The notes: generated by a model from the letters alone, not told the origin. Shown: positions 19,606-30,627, counted from the first letter of the stretch. The stretch is DNA of 64,000 nt from an uncultured delta proteobacterium (GCA_963804955.1 CAWDSQ010000013.1:64001-128000), one strand, 5' to 3'. Numbers and translations: made by a program.

Positions 19606-20383
19606 TTATACCAGCCGTACCGGAACCCCCCTTGCATGCAGGTACTGCTTGACCTCCCTGATAGAGTGCGTGCGGTAGTGAAAAATAGAGGCTGCCAGCA
19701 CTGCATCAGCCTCGCCCTGCACGATACCGTCATACAGATGCTCCATGGTTCCCACCCCTCCCGAGGCTATTACCGGTATGGTGACGGCCCGGGCTATTGC
19801 CTGCGTCATGGGCAGATCAAAGCCTTCCTGCGTGCCGTCGCGGTCCATGCTGGTAAGCAGTATCTCTCCAGAGCCCAAGGCTTCCATCTTTCGGGCCCAG
19901 GCAACTGCATCGATGCCGGTAGGGGTTCTGCCGCCATGGATGAAAACCTCCCACGGGCTTTCGGTGTCGCTGCCGGCACGGGTCCGCTTGGCATCTACTG
20001 CCACCACGATGCACTGGCTGCCGAACTTTTCCGCGGCAGCCCGCACAAAGTCAGGATTATTGACCGCGGCGGTATTTATGGACACCTTATCAGCACCCGC
20101 ATTGAGAAGATTGCGTATGTCATCAAGATCACGAATGCCGCCGCCAACCGTCACCGGCATAAACACCTCGGCGGCCGTGCGTTCAACCACTTCCAGAATG
20201 ATATCTGCGGCGCTCATGGGAAGCGGTGATGTCGAGAAACACCAGCTCATCAGCGCCCTCGGCATCGTAAAATTTGGCATTGTCGACCGGGTCGCCGGCA
20301 TCGCGCAAATTGACGAAATTGACGCCTTTTACCACACGGCCGTCTTTCACGTCGAGGCAGGGAATGATACGTTTTGCAAGCAT
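19606..20383 (-). CDS. hisF: Imidazole glycerol phosphate synthase cyclase subunit (apparent +1 indel near 20206)
   Basis: [26 protein letters not shown], then [25 protein letters not shown]. Confidence 0.95.
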
Positions 20384-20391
20384 AAAAAAGT

Positions 20392-20476
20392 TTTATTGGT
20401 TAAGTTGGTTTTATTGGTTCATTGGTTGAACAAATCCAACCAATTCAACTAATCGAACAAATCAAACTAATCAAAC
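20392..20476. repeat. Inverted array of ~9-bp degenerate repeats between hisA and hisF
   Basis: TTATTGGTT AAGTTGGTT TTATTGGTT CATTGGTT facing GAACAAATC CAACCAATT CAACTAATC GAACAAATC AAACTAATC. Confidence 0.7.
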
Positions 20477-21203
20477 ATGATTTTGCGTTAGTGCAATTGC
20501 TTCTGTAAGGTCAATGCCGCCTGTATACAGAGCACGTCCGATAATAATCCCCATAATGCCAGAGGATTCTACGGATAGCAGATTTTTTACATCATCGATG
20601 CGCGACATGCCGCCGGAGGCAATAACGGGAATTGAAATTGAGGCTGCAAGCTTTGCCGTTTCTTCTACATTGGGGCCTGTCAGCATACCGTCACGGCTGA
20701 TGTCGGTATAGACGATTGACCGCAACAGCGTCAGGATCAAGCTGGCGGGCAAGATCGACAGCGCTGAGCTGCGTGCTCTCTGTCCAGCCTTGTACCGCTA
20801 CCATGCCGCTCTGAGCATCTATGCCGATAATGATCCGGCCGGGATATTTTTTGCAGCATGCATCCCTGAACGCTGGATCGCGCACGGCAGCAGTCCCGAG
20901 AATTGCGTATTTCACGCCGGCGGCAAGGTATTCATCAACCGTTTTGATATCGCGTATGCCGCCGCCGAGCTCGACATCCATGTTCACCGATGCGCATATC
21001 CTTTTCACCAGCTCCCTGTTGCGCGGCTCGCCTGACACAGCGCCGTCGAGGTCAACAATGTGCAGCCGTTGTGCGCCCATGGACTCCCAGCGCCTGGCAA
21101 CTTCTACGGGGTCGCTGGAATACACTGTGGCATCCTCCATGCGCCCCTGCGAGAGGCGAACGGCCTGGCCGTTTTTCAAATCAATTGCGGGAATAATAAT
21201 CAT
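20471..21203 (-). CDS. hisA: ProFAR isomerase (apparent indel near 20720)
   Basis: MIIIPAIDLKNG..HIVDLDGA..GGGIR, then YTDISRDGMLTGPN, ASGG, GRALY. Confidence 0.95.
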
Positions 21204-21229
21204 TGAAGACCTTTCACAGACTGGCCGCA

Positions 21230-21869
21230 CTATGCACGGGCAGCAAAAGCGGTAAAATTTTTCAGCAGCTGCAGGCCCGACAGCCTGGCTCTTTTCCGGA
21301 TGAAACTGGCAGGCGAAAACATTATCCTTCCAGATGCTTGAAACAAATTCAGTGCCATAGCCGGTAGTGGTGGCAATGACATCCGGGTCATCAGGCGCGA
21401 CATAATAGGAATGCACAAAATAAAAACAGGCCCCTGCTTCGATGCCGCTAAGATGCGGCGCCTGTTTTCTGACGTTCAGGACATTCCACCCCATGTGGGG
21501 AATTTTCAAGAGCCTGCCGCCTGCATCGCGCTGCTCAGCAGGGAAGCGAAGGACCCTGCCTTTGATTACATCAAGGCCGGGGCAGGCGCCGAATTCCTCG
21601 CTGTCTGAAAACAGAATCTGCAGGCCGAGGCAAATGCCGAGAAATGGTTTGCCTGACCTGATGGATGAAACAATGGATGATATGAGCCCGAGGCGATCGA
21701 GGTTTTCAAAGCATTTTCTGAAGGCGCCGACACCGGGCAGAACAAGGGCTCGCGCATCGTCAACGGCCTGCGCTGAAGTTACTATCCCGGCAGTGCAGCC
21801 TGATTTCTCAAAGGCTTTTTGAACGCTGCGCAGATTGCCCATGCCGTAGTCGATGATGGACACATGCAT
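21230..21869 (-). CDS. hisH: Imidazole glycerol phosphate synthase glutaminase subunit (indel near 3' end fuses it to hisA in the ORF track)
   Basis: DYGMGNLRSV, LPGVG, GICLGLQ, PHMGWN, YFVHSY, QFHPEKS. Confidence 0.95.
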
Positions 21870-21872
21870 TGA

Positions 21873-22460
21873 CTAGAGCACTCCCTTGGTCGAAGGCACG
21901 CCCGTTATACGACCGTCAAGCTGCGTGGCGCGATCCAGGGCCCGGCCAAGGGCCTTGAAAACCGCCTCGATGATATGATGGCTGTTCTTGCCGTAGGGGA
22001 CATTAATATGCAGCGTTGCCTTGCAGTTATTGACCAGGGCCTGCAAAAACTCCTCAACCAGTTCGCTGTCGAATTCTCCGACTTTGCCTTTCAGGTCAGG
22101 AGCATTATAGACCAGACAGGGCCTGCCGCTGAGGTCAAGCGTTACATCTGCCAGCGCCTCATCCATGGGCACAGCAGCCTGACCATAGCGGCACATGCCC
22201 GCCTTGTCGCCCAGGGCCTTAACAATCGCCTGCCCGAGGCAAATCCCGATATCCTCGACCGTATGATGAAAATCAATGGCCGTATCGCCCCTGGCCAGCA
22301 CAGTCAGATTGAAAAGCCCATGCCTGGCGAAAAGCTCAAGCATATGGTTGAGAAACGCCACAGGTGTCTGCACGCTGTAGGAGCCTGTGCCGTCAATCTC
22401 AAGGGCAACAGCAATATCGGTTTCAGATGTTTTTCGTTCGATTCGGGCTGAACGTTCCAT
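21873..22460 (-). CDS. hisB: Imidazoleglycerol-phosphate dehydratase
   Basis: [39 protein letters not shown]. Confidence 0.96.
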   Translation of the reverse strand: MERSARIERKTSETDIAVALEIDGTGSYSVQTPVAFLNHMLELFARHGLFNLTVLARGDTAIDFHHTVEDIGICLGQAIVKALGDKAGMCRYGQAAVPMDEALADVTLDLSGRPCLVYNAPDLKGKVGEFDSELVEEFLQALVNNCKATLHINVPYGKNSHHIIEAVFKALGRALDRATQLDGRITGVPSTKGVL

Positions 22461-22602
22461 ATGTTCTCCTGTGTCTGATTGCATATTAAGACATCTTACC
22501 ACGTACTGACCTTATTATTCAAGGCAGTTCAGCAATGATTCCATCAGGCGGGATTAATGTTGATTTTTTGACCGGGCCGATTGCGGTCTCTGTCAAGGCT
22601 GC

Positions 22603-22923
22603 CTATGAATTTTGTGCTTCACCATTAATGCTGAAAAGCGAATAAAAACGGAAAAAACGGGCAACTTTTATAAACTTCTCTTCGGCATTAATGATCTCGA
22701 ATGTCTTTGATTCGGCAGCCGACTGGCGGTAAATGCCGATAATGAGATTCACCCCCAGTGAATCCACTATTTCAATGCCCGATGCATCAACAACAATGCC
22801 AATCACACCGGGATATTTTTTCATCTCAGCAAGCACAGCTTCACGAAGAGCCTCAATATGGCTTGCAATAAGGTCGGTTTGAGGCTGCAATACAAGCCGG
22901 TTCTCTTGAATAATCACATTCAT
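22603..22923 (-). CDS. STAS-domain anti-sigma factor antagonist
   Basis: ~105 aa with VDASGIEIVDSLGV, including the conserved phosphorylatable Ser. Confidence 0.85.
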   Translation of the reverse strand: MNVIIQENRLVLQPQTDLIASHIEALREAVLAEMKKYPGVIGIVVDASGIEIVDSLGVNLIIGIYRQSAAESKTFEIINAEEKFIKVARFFRFYSLFSINGEAQNS

Positions 22924-23007
22924 GCGCACTCCCTCCTGCAGGAATTAATCTGTTCGCAGCCTGAAAATCAGTGGTGAGCCTTGCAAAACAGCTGAAAATA
23001 CCAATTA

Positions 23008-24942
23008 TTATTGTCCATTAAACACCAGTATCACCGTGCCGCCTTCGACGGTCAGGCTATCGGCCGCAGCACGAATTGCCGGCATCCCTCGCTTGCCAAG
23101 CAGACTTTCCGGCTTTGCTGGTGCAGCAAGGGTCTGGGCCAAATCAAACCCCGGACCTTCATCTGACACCTCGACGACAAGACGCTGTGGCGCAGGGTAC
23201 ACCATAATATCTACAAAAGTATCCGGATTACGGTGATTGCCATGCTCAACAGCATTCAGCATGGCTTCACGCAGCGCAAGCAGTATAAAGTCGATATCCT
23301 TGCCTGAAGGAACCATGTCGGGAGTCAAAATTTCCGCAGCCCAAGCACATGCACTGTCAACTCCTTCATACGTGGACTTAAAAGAATAGCATGGCCCGGA
23401 CGGCTTTTCCGGCTGGGGTATGTAATAGGAAAGCAGCACCATATCATCCCGCTGGTCGATACCGGCACGCTTCAGTAGACGACTGCACAGACCCTTTGGC
23501 GGCCCGCTATGCAGCATGGCCGGGTCAGCGGCTACCACAGCCTGAATCGCCTCTTTTTCAAAGCCATCGGAAAACATGAATACATAGCTTTCCGCCGGGC
23601 ATGCGACGGCGCTGGCACTGATAAGACCCGTGTCCTTCAGAAGGCCAAGGCACATGCCGCCGCCCTCGATCTCCCGGCAGGAAAACTGGCCGTCGGCTGT
23701 TCGCTCATACAACAGCGCACCGGGATTGCCTGCCGTGGCTATATGCATGGTGCGTCGGGGAGCATCCCACAGCATGGCGGAAACGCATACATGCGATTTG
23801 GCATATCCAAGTTTAATGAATTCTGTATTAATCACACGCAAAAGAATGGACGGATTCTGGTAGGTATCCCAGCACGAGGTGAGTATTCCCAAAAATACGG
23901 CGCTCATATAGAGGCTTGCCAGATCATGCCCTGCGATATCGGCAAGCACAAAACCGCAACGCCCGGCCCGATTAAATTTTCTGCAGCGCACAATATCACC
24001 GCCCGCATCATGCAGACTTTTGAAATCAAGATCGCAAAAACGGCAGGGGGGATCACACCCGAAATCAATCAAATCCGCCTGAGCCTGCCGCAGCTGACCT
24101 GCCAGCGCGGGGGCGGGTATGGCACTTTGCTGCCGCCTGCTGAGTGCCGACTCTATCATGCCAAGGGCAGACCCATCCAGAATCGATTCGGGGAAAATAC
24201 CGTCTGCCCCCTGCTGCATGGCAAGCTGATACATATCAGGATCATATTGTTGCGTATAAATAAAAACAAGCACATCAGGATACAGCCTTCGAACCATAGC
24301 AAGCAGGCCCATGGCATCTATGCCGCTGGTATACAGATTGCTGACAATAATATCGACAGAGGCAGGATCAGCATGCAGCATCTCAAGCGCATGACTGCCG
24401 GTTGCGGCATGCCGCATGATAAAGCCGAAATGCCGCAGTGTCCGGATATGGGGTTCAGCACGCTGCCGATCCTCCTCCACAAGAATCACCCGATAGCGGG
24501 AAAAATCAAACGACGGGCTTGCAATCGCCGGTATGGCCACCGGCGCTGAAAGGTCGGCGTCGGACTGCTGTGCAAGATGAGCGGCTATGATGGCTCTAAG
24601 CTTTTCCAAATCAATCGGTTTGGCGACAAAAGCATTGCAGCCGGCGTCAAGGGCCCGCTCCTTATCCTGCTTCATACTTAAGGCTGAAAGGGCTATAATG
24701 GGCGTGTCGACTCCCCGTGCGCGAATCTGCCTGACGGTTTCAAAACCATCCATGCCGGGCATAAGCAGATCCATAAAAATAAGCGAATAACTCCGCGCCT
24801 GCACTTTTTCAAGAGCTTCTCTGCCATTCTCAGCCTGTTCCCAGCAACAGGAAGCGCTTTCGGCTGCAGCCATGATAAGTTCACGGTTCAGCGGGTTATC
24901 GTCGACTACGAGAATCGTTGGCTGATCGGGATACAGTGTCAT
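23008..24942 (-). CDS. REC - pseudoREC - SpoIIE/PP2C phosphatase - RsbW-like kinase fusion
   Basis: REC (VVDD, MDLLMP, KP); second REC with N at the phospho-Asp position (VSNLY); GGD, ADIAGH, FSDG, DD; EAMLNAVEHGN, DEGPGFD. Confidence 0.88.
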   Translation of the reverse strand: MTLYPDQPTILVVDDNPLNRELIMAAAESASCCWEQAENGREALEKVQARSYSLIFMDLLMPGMDGFETVRQIRARGVDTPIIALSALSMKQDKERALDAGCNAFVAKPIDLEKLRAIIAAHLAQQSDADLSAPVAIPAIASPSFDFSRYRVILVEEDRQRAEPHIRTLRHFGFIMRHAATGSHALEMLHADPASVDIIVSNLYTSGIDAMGLLAMVRRLYPDVLVFIYTQQYDPDMYQLAMQQGADGIFPESILDGSALGMIESALSRRQQSAIPAPALAGQLRQAQADLIDFGCDPPCRFCDLDFKSLHDAGGDIVRCRKFNRAGRCGFVLADIAGHDLASLYMSAVFLGILTSCWDTYQNPSILLRVINTEFIKLGYAKSHVCVSAMLWDAPRRTMHIATAGNPGALLYERTADGQFSCREIEGGGMCLGLLKDTGLISASAVACPAESYVFMFSDGFEKEAIQAVVAADPAMLHSGPPKGLCSRLLKRAGIDQRDDMVLLSYYIPQPEKPSGPCYSFKSTYEGVDSACAWAAEILTPDMVPSGKDIDFILLALREAMLNAVEHGNHRNPDTFVDIMVYPAPQRLVVEVSDEGPGFDLAQTLAAPAKPESLLGKRGMPAIRAAADSLTVEGGTVILVFNGQ

Positions 24943-25293
24943 AGATTGAACCTACTGGAACGATTGGCGAAGATAAACAGAAGCAGTGCTGTTCTGCAAT
25001 TGTGTGTTCATTATAATATGCTTATATCCCTCACGCAACACAAAGAATTATTCTGCTGTGCAGCCATCCTACCATGGCATGCTTGAGGATTTTAAGGGGT
25101 GCAAACATTTTCATAGCCAACATTCTGCATCAATCATTTTCGGGAAAAAGAGGCAAAAACCTGCTGCGCCAGCCGTATGCGGAAAAGGATCGGCAGGTCA
25201 AAATCATAACAAACCGAAAAATGCGCAGGTGCTGCGGAAAGCTCGTTGAAACAAAAAAAATCAATCAGTTGAAAAAACCAGACGGTGCTCCCG

Positions 25294-25578
25294 TCAGCCT
25301 CCGTCAAACGGAATCATAATTGCAACCGTGTCGCCATCCTGTAGCTGAATTAGCATATCCACGGTTGAACGAAATGTTTTGCCGTTTATTAGAATAAGAA
25401 ACGGCACTATCTCTCCCGTGAGTTGATCCCGTATCTGACGGTCAAATGCCGAACCGAAACGTTGTATGAGCTGTGCGAAAAGATCGGAAAGACTCGACCG
25501 CGGCTGCAGCTCAATTTCAATCTCATGAGCCCCCAGAACATCCTTAATGTTAGCAAACGATTGCAGCACTATTTTCAT
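25294..25578 (-). CDS. MoaD/ThiS-family ubiquitin-like sulfur carrier
   Basis: 94 aa; FANIKD, ILING, LQDGDTVAI, C-terminal GG. Confidence 0.85.
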   Translation of the reverse strand: MKIVLQSFANIKDVLGAHEIEIELQPRSSLSDLFAQLIQRFGSAFDRQIRDQLTGEIVPFLILINGKTFRSTVDMLIQLQDGDTVAIMIPFDGG

Positions 25579-25705
25579 TACCCATCTCCTGCACCGCCAG
25601 ATGGGTGCGCGCAGATTTCCAGTTTCGCACTGAACACGATGTGCGCCCCCATCAGTACAACTATGTTTCCCTACGGGGGCATCGGCTCAATAAAGCTGCG
25701 GATAA

Positions 25706-27442
25706 TCATGTATCAGACGGTTCTGCAATATTGTACTCAACGAGCTTTCTATAGAGTGTCTGGCGGCCGACGCCCAGAATGCGTGCGGCTTTAGCCTTAT
25801 TCCAGGCAGTCTTTTCGAGAGCCCTGCGCACAGCATCTTCGGAGCAATGCGATACGGTCGCTTTAACCGGAGCAACCCTGACACCCGGCGTCGGCACGCA
25901 GAGCTCCTGAGGAAGATGCGCAACGGTTATTTCCGCACCGTCGCAGACAACAAAGGCATGCTCCATGACATGTTCAAGCTCACGAATATTGCCGGGCCAG
26001 CTGTATGCCAGAAATGTTTTGTAGACATCCTCGGCGATATGCAAAATATTTTTATGAAACTGGAGGATGAAACGGGCCCTGAAGTGTTCAACCAGCAGAG
26101 GAATATCCTCCCTGCGTTCACGCAGAGACGGCAAAAAAACCTCAACCACCTTGAGGCGGTAATAGAGATCCTTGCGGAAACCGCCCTGCTCAACACTGTC
26201 CATCAAATTCTGATGAGTTGCTGCGATAACGCGCACATTCACCTTGATGGACCGCGTATCGCCGACACGCTCAAACTCTTTCTGCTGAAGAAAACGCAGC
26301 AGTTTAACCTGCACGTTAGGGGTTAAATCGCCGATTTCATCAAGAAAAACAGTCCCTCCATCGGCCATCTCGAAACGGCCGACCTTGTCCTTTATGGCGC
26401 CGGTAAATGAACCTTTTACATGGCCGAACAGCTCGCTTTCAAGAAGGTTTTCCGAAAGGGCCGAGCAGTTGATTTTAATCAACGGTTTAGCCGAACGAGG
26501 CCCAATGGCATGAAGTGCATCGGCGACAAGCTCCTTGCCGGTGCCGCTCTCTCCCGTAACCAGCACAGAGGTTTCCGTTTCAGCCAGAGCCTCAAGCAGA
26601 TCATAGATTTCCTGCATCCGTTTACTTTTGCCGATCATGGCGCGAAAACTGCGCCGCTCATGAGCTCCATCTTCAAGATCGATAGTGCGCGTTATGTCGC
26701 GCAGTACAAGAACAGCCCCCGGAACCATGCTTCTTGAATCGACAAGGGGCGTACAGCTGATCAGAACCGTCTGCGGCCTGCCGTCAGGACATATCCATTC
26801 GGCGGGATATTCTTGTATCATTGCCGCGTTTTGCAGGGTCTTTTCAGCCACATCAACCAGAAAGGGTTTCTGCGACTGGCTGACCACATCGGCGAGATCC
26901 CGGCCGAGAATATCCTTGGTAGATCGCTGCAAAAATTTTTCAACGGCATCGTTAACGGTCAGTATCGTCATCCTGGAATCAATTGCGATAATTGCTTCAT
27001 GCACGCATTTAAATGTTGCTTCAAGAGTACGCCTGTATGTTTCCCGTGAATCAACCGCATGTTTGTGACGAAGAGCATGATCGGCTATGCGCAGCAGCAT
27101 CGTTTTCGTCACCGGCTTGGGCACATAATCGAATGCGCCCAGGCGAACCGCTTCTCCTGCAGTCACCATATCAACCTTCCCGGCAATTATGACAACCTGT
27201 GTCGGAAGCTCACGTTTTTTCACCTCCCGCAAAATATCAATTCCCGTCTTTGACCCATGCACGATATCGACAAAAACCGCGTCAAAAGCACCCTGTGAAA
27301 GCTCTTCTATGGCGCTATCATAGTCACTGGCCTGCACAGACTCATACTCTGCCTCTGAAAGAATGGCATGGAATGTCTCTCGAAGGCTTGTCTCATCAAT
27401 AACGACTAGCATTTTCCCTTCACCGTTCTCCTCAATCTTCAT
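25706..27442 (-). CDS. Sigma54-dependent activator (REC-PAS-AAA+-Fis HTH)
   Basis: [52 protein letters not shown]. Confidence 0.95.
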   Translation of the reverse strand: MKIEENGEGKMLVVIDETSLRETFHAILSEAEYESVQASDYDSAIEELSQGAFDAVFVDIVHGSKTGIDILREVKKRELPTQVVIIAGKVDMVTAGEAVRLGAFDYVPKPVTKTMLLRIADHALRHKHAVDSRETYRRTLEATFKCVHEAIIAIDSRMTILTVNDAVEKFLQRSTKDILGRDLADVVSQSQKPFLVDVAEKTLQNAAMIQEYPAEWICPDGRPQTVLISCTPLVDSRSMVPGAVLVLRDITRTIDLEDGAHERRSFRAMIGKSKRMQEIYDLLEALAETETSVLVTGESGTGKELVADALHAIGPRSAKPLIKINCSALSENLLESELFGHVKGSFTGAIKDKVGRFEMADGGTVFLDEIGDLTPNVQVKLLRFLQQKEFERVGDTRSIKVNVRVIAATHQNLMDSVEQGGFRKDLYYRLKVVEVFLPSLRERREDIPLLVEHFRARFILQFHKNILHIAEDVYKTFLAYSWPGNIRELEHVMEHAFVVCDGAEITVAHLPQELCVPTPGVRVAPVKATVSHCSEDAVRRALEKTAWNKAKAARILGVGRQTLYRKLVEYNIAEPSDT

Positions 27443-27561
27443 TCATGCCTATGCATACACAGGTCGATACTGCTCGTAGTGCAAATCTCGCTCGCTGTTA
27501 CTGGCTGCTGCGTACAACTTTATGGTCAAAAGAATCATGTTTCACTGCAAGCGCAATTTAC

Positions 27562-28018
27562 TTATCTTAAATCTGCGCCAAAACAATAAGCAAATTGCCG
27601 TCGGCAAGAAAGCTGCACTGAACAAAAGACCCGTGCAGGGTCAAGCGTATTGTCGATCATCTCCGGAAGTCCGAGATGAAAAGCACATTCAGCCGGAAGA
27701 ATTCTTTTCATCACACGGCCCGATATCGTGTTCAAAAGCTCGCAGGTGACATCTTGAATCATGGCATCGGAAAGTTCAGTATCTGAGATGCTGTACAGGT
27801 GTTTGGAAATTTCAACCGCCGTGCTCCTGGGCATGGCAAGGCGCAGCATGCCCGGCCGCGGCTCAAGCACCCGCAGTGATGCCATGACAGCATCACTGCC
27901 TAAATCTTCGGACACGCCGTCGAGTATCGGTGTCAATGGCCATGAAAACCATATTCTCAATACTCTCCGTCACCGCAGCTTTAATGGCTAAGCACATAGT
28001 AACATCATGCTGGTCCAT
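27562..28018 (-). CDS. CheX-like chemotaxis phosphatase (frameshifted)
   Basis: Start MDQHD..ESIENMVFM; DVTCELLNTISG (ExxN motif); FHLGLP. Confidence 0.7.
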
Positions 28019-28403
28019 GCGCGGCCTCCTGTTTTTTAAACAAAACACCTATGGATGCAATCAGTACAGGTGGAGTTATTGGCTTACTCAACACAGCATA
28101 TGCCCCCTCAGCAATCAGCTCGACATCGGATGCAGGATTGCTGGCGCTTGAGATGACAACCACCGGTATATCGCATGTTCCGGGGCTTGATTTGAGCCGC
28201 TTCAGCATATTTCTGCCGTCGAGCACCGGCATATTGAGGTCGGCGAGTATAAAATCAACAGGCGCTTCCCTCAGCAGATCAAGGGCTTCTTTGCCGTTGC
28301 CCGCTTCCTGAAAATCAGCGCCCTGGCACCCTGCAATTTCAAGACAGCGCCTGATGAACATCCGGGCTGTGCTCGAATCATCAACGATTAATATTTTCAG
28401 CAT
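28005..28403 (-). CDS. CheY-like single-domain response regulator
   Basis: IVDDSSTAR, ADLNMPVLDG, VISS, KP. Confidence 0.9.
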   Translation of the reverse strand: MLKILIVDDSSTARMFIRRCLEIAGCQGADFQEAGNGKEALDLLREAPVDFILADLNMPVLDGRNMLKRLKSSPGTCDIPVVVISSASNPASDVELIAEGAYAVLSKPITPPVLIASIGVLFKKQEAAHGPA

Positions 28404-28409
28404 TACCTG

Positions 28410-28680
28410 CACCTCCATTCACAAAAGCTTTCATCCTTTGGAAGTCCTCGTCGACGCTAATCATAATTGCTGGAAACATCCCTGCGTATGCCCGGTAATT
28501 CCTTATACCCGCTTTCCAGCTGATAGCACAGGGAATCGCATCCCGTTCCGACTCCATTCATCATGGCAATAATATCCCCCGAATGAACGGCATAAATCGA
28601 CATATCATATTCCGTATCTTGCTGCAAAAACAACACTTCTATTACTCGAAAAGGCGCATCTGCCATCCGGCGTTGCTCAT
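28410..28680 (-). pseudogene. Possible remnant of an HDOD-protein C-terminus
   Basis: YAVHSGDIIAMMNGVGTGCDSLCYQLE resembles HDOD C-termini; the N-terminal part is missing and the frame is broken. Confidence 0.35.
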
Positions 28681-29043
28681 GAAACATACCGCATGATCAC
28701 ATCCTTAAACTCCTGAAGCTGCACCGGCTTTGCCATGAAATGCGTGACGCCCTTTTCGAGCAGGTGTGCGATTTCCCTGGCCCTGATAGCGCCCGAAACG
28801 ACAAGGATGGGAAGTTTGGAAAAACGGCTGCACTCCCGAATCATCCGTGATCAGCTCCCTGCCTTCCATTTCGGGCATCGACATATCGGATATGAGCAAT
28901 GCAATATCTTCATTTGCCTGCAGCACCTCCCAGGCCATTTGCCCGTTTGTGGCTCTGATGACAGAATGCCCCATCGATTCGACTGCCGAACTGAAAATTT
29001 CCAGCGTGGCCCTGTCATCCTCTGCGATCAGTATCTTTGCCAT
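28677..29043 (-). CDS. Single-domain response regulator (indel near 28845)
   Basis: MAKILIAEDD..SDMSMPEMEG, continuing in the shifted frame LPILVVSG..FMAKPV. Confidence 0.85.
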
Positions 29044-29107
29044 AGCACCACCGTTATGCTGCATGCATGAATCAGAAAAAACCTGTTTGTTGTTTTTCCG
29101 CAGCATG

Positions 29108-29596
29108 CTAAATCTCCCGGATTCCCCGGCCTGCAGACGTAATGACGACTCTGCCGGCGTCAACATCCACAGCGATGCTTCTGCTTGTATGCCCGCCGAC
29201 ATCTTCAGCCTGCACACCCATACCATGATGCCAGAGTATCTTCTTGAGGGCCAACTCATTGCGTTTACCGATATTGAAGGTATTGTGGGGATCCATAACC
29301 TGAGCGCCACCGGTCATTTTCACAAGAAATTTTTTTTCGTTCTGAACGCCTGATATGAGCTTCATTGCCTCAAGGAGGGCGGCAAAACCCGTATCTGCAA
29401 AATAGCCGGGCTTTACCAGCGCTTTAGAGCGGTCGATGGAAGATTCAGGAAGCGCCACATGTACCATGCCCACAGACCTTGTCCGTGGTTCAAGGAAAAC
29501 GACTGCTACACATGAACCAAGGGCAAGAGTCTTGATCACATCACCGGGCGTTTTTGATACGCCCAAGTCTCCGACGCCAAGAATTATGGTCGACAT
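29108..29596 (-). CDS. cheD: Chemoreceptor glutamine deamidase
   Basis: LGSCVAV, GMVHVALP, YFADTG, GGAQ, IGKRN, EDVGG. Confidence 0.94.
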   Translation of the reverse strand: MSTIILGVGDLGVSKTPGDVIKTLALGSCVAVVFLEPRTRSVGMVHVALPESSIDRSKALVKPGYFADTGFAALLEAMKLISGVQNEKKFLVKMTGGAQVMDPHNTFNIGKRNELALKKILWHHGMGVQAEDVGGHTSRSIAVDVDAGRVVITSAGRGIREI

Positions 29597-29688
29597 AGAT
29601 TGCTGAGCAGCTAAAATTTAAATGCGATGCGCACGATAGTGCCAAACCTTCCAGCTCATGCTTCTTTTCTTCATAGCGGAGCAGGAGC

Positions 29689-30084
29689 CTATTTCTCCTG
29701 TGGCCGTGAGGGCGTTTCGCTGCCCGTGCTACATTTTGATTGCTCATAGGCGTCCAGAGCTTCTGCAAGCTGCTGCAGGCTCAGAACGCCCATCTCAAGT
29801 AAAATTTTTCCAATCGGGGGCCGCTTGCCCTTTTGAATGGCAAGAAGAAAATCAACCTGCTGTCGGGTAAGGTATCCAAGATCTAATGCGGTATCACCAA
29901 ATTTTAAATTTTTATCATCCTGGCGGTTCAGTATTTCAAAAACCTGATCCATTCTGAGCAAATGGTGCTCCAGTGCTATCTTCCCTATCGGTATTTGCTG
30001 CTCCCGCTGGATGTCAAGGGCTTTGAGGATATGCTCAGTGCTGACCAGACCTAGCTGCACAAGAAATGTGCCGAAATGGTTCAT
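29689..30084 (-). CDS. Stand-alone protein of four MshEN-like repeats (paralog B)
   Basis: 29-aa period: HFGTFLVQLGLV..ALDIQ / PIGKIAL..ILNRQ / KFGDTALDLGYL..LLAIQ / PIGKILLEMGVL..AL; AAGGAGG RBS. Confidence 0.75.
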   Translation of the reverse strand: MNHFGTFLVQLGLVSTEHILKALDIQREQQIPIGKIALEHHLLRMDQVFEILNRQDDKNLKFGDTALDLGYLTRQQVDFLLAIQKGKRPPIGKILLEMGVLSLQQLAEALDAYEQSKCSTGSETPSRPQEK

Positions 30085-30252
30085 GGGTTCCTCCTTGCAG
30101 CCATGTAGTACGTCACCCAACCCCGGCACCGCAGGTCGTTTTTCATAAAAATCAGCACCATAATACCGTGCTCAGGATGTAATAAAAACTCCAACCTCAA
30201 TGCATCTGCTGTGTGGCACTACAGTCGGCAAACCTGTCTTTTAAAAAGCGGA

Positions 30253-30627
30253 CTATGCTTCGTGGCTCGTGCTGTTTTTCAACTTTTCATAGCCATCCAG
30301 AGCCTCTGCAAGCTGCTCCCTGCTGAGCACTCCCATCTCAACCAGTATTTCTCCTATCTTCGGCCGTTGGCTCATTTGAATATTGAGAATAAAATCAACC
30401 TGCTCACGGGTAAGATAGCCAAGGGCTAAGGCGATATCGCAAAATTTCAACTGTGTATCAGCCTGACGGTTCAGTATGTTAAACGTGTGATTCATTTCAA
30501 GAAGGCGGTATGCAAGAGCGATCTTCCCCACCGGCGTTTGCTTCTCCTGCTGGCAGTCAAGAGCTTGTATGATATGCTCAGGAGTGACCATTCCCTTCTT
30601 GACAAGAAATGTGCCGAAATGTTCCAT
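30253..30627 (-). CDS. Stand-alone protein of four MshEN-like repeats (paralog A)
   Basis: Same 29-aa period; aligns without gaps to 29689-30084 over about 115 aa. Confidence 0.75.
   Translation of the reverse strand: MEHFGTFLVKKGMVTPEHIIQALDCQQEKQTPVGKIALAYRLLEMNHTFNILNRQADTQLKFCDIALALGYLTREQVDFILNIQMSQRPKIGEILVEMGVLSREQLAEALDGYEKLKNSTSHEA

Noticed and set aside
20392..20476. CRISPR array
   Set aside because: Units are about 9 bp, degenerate and inverted, with no spacers or cas genes; I saw no CRISPR array anywhere in the window.
20691..21869. HisH-HisA fusion shown in the ORF track
   Set aside because: Caused by one extra base near 21276; hisA has its own ATG at 21203 and the normal hisH ending (GLQLLKNF) is in the shifted frame.
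29630..29646. Sigma54 promoter before cheD (TTGGCACTATCGTGC on the minus strand)
   Set aside because: GG-to-GC spacing is 9 nt rather than the required 10.
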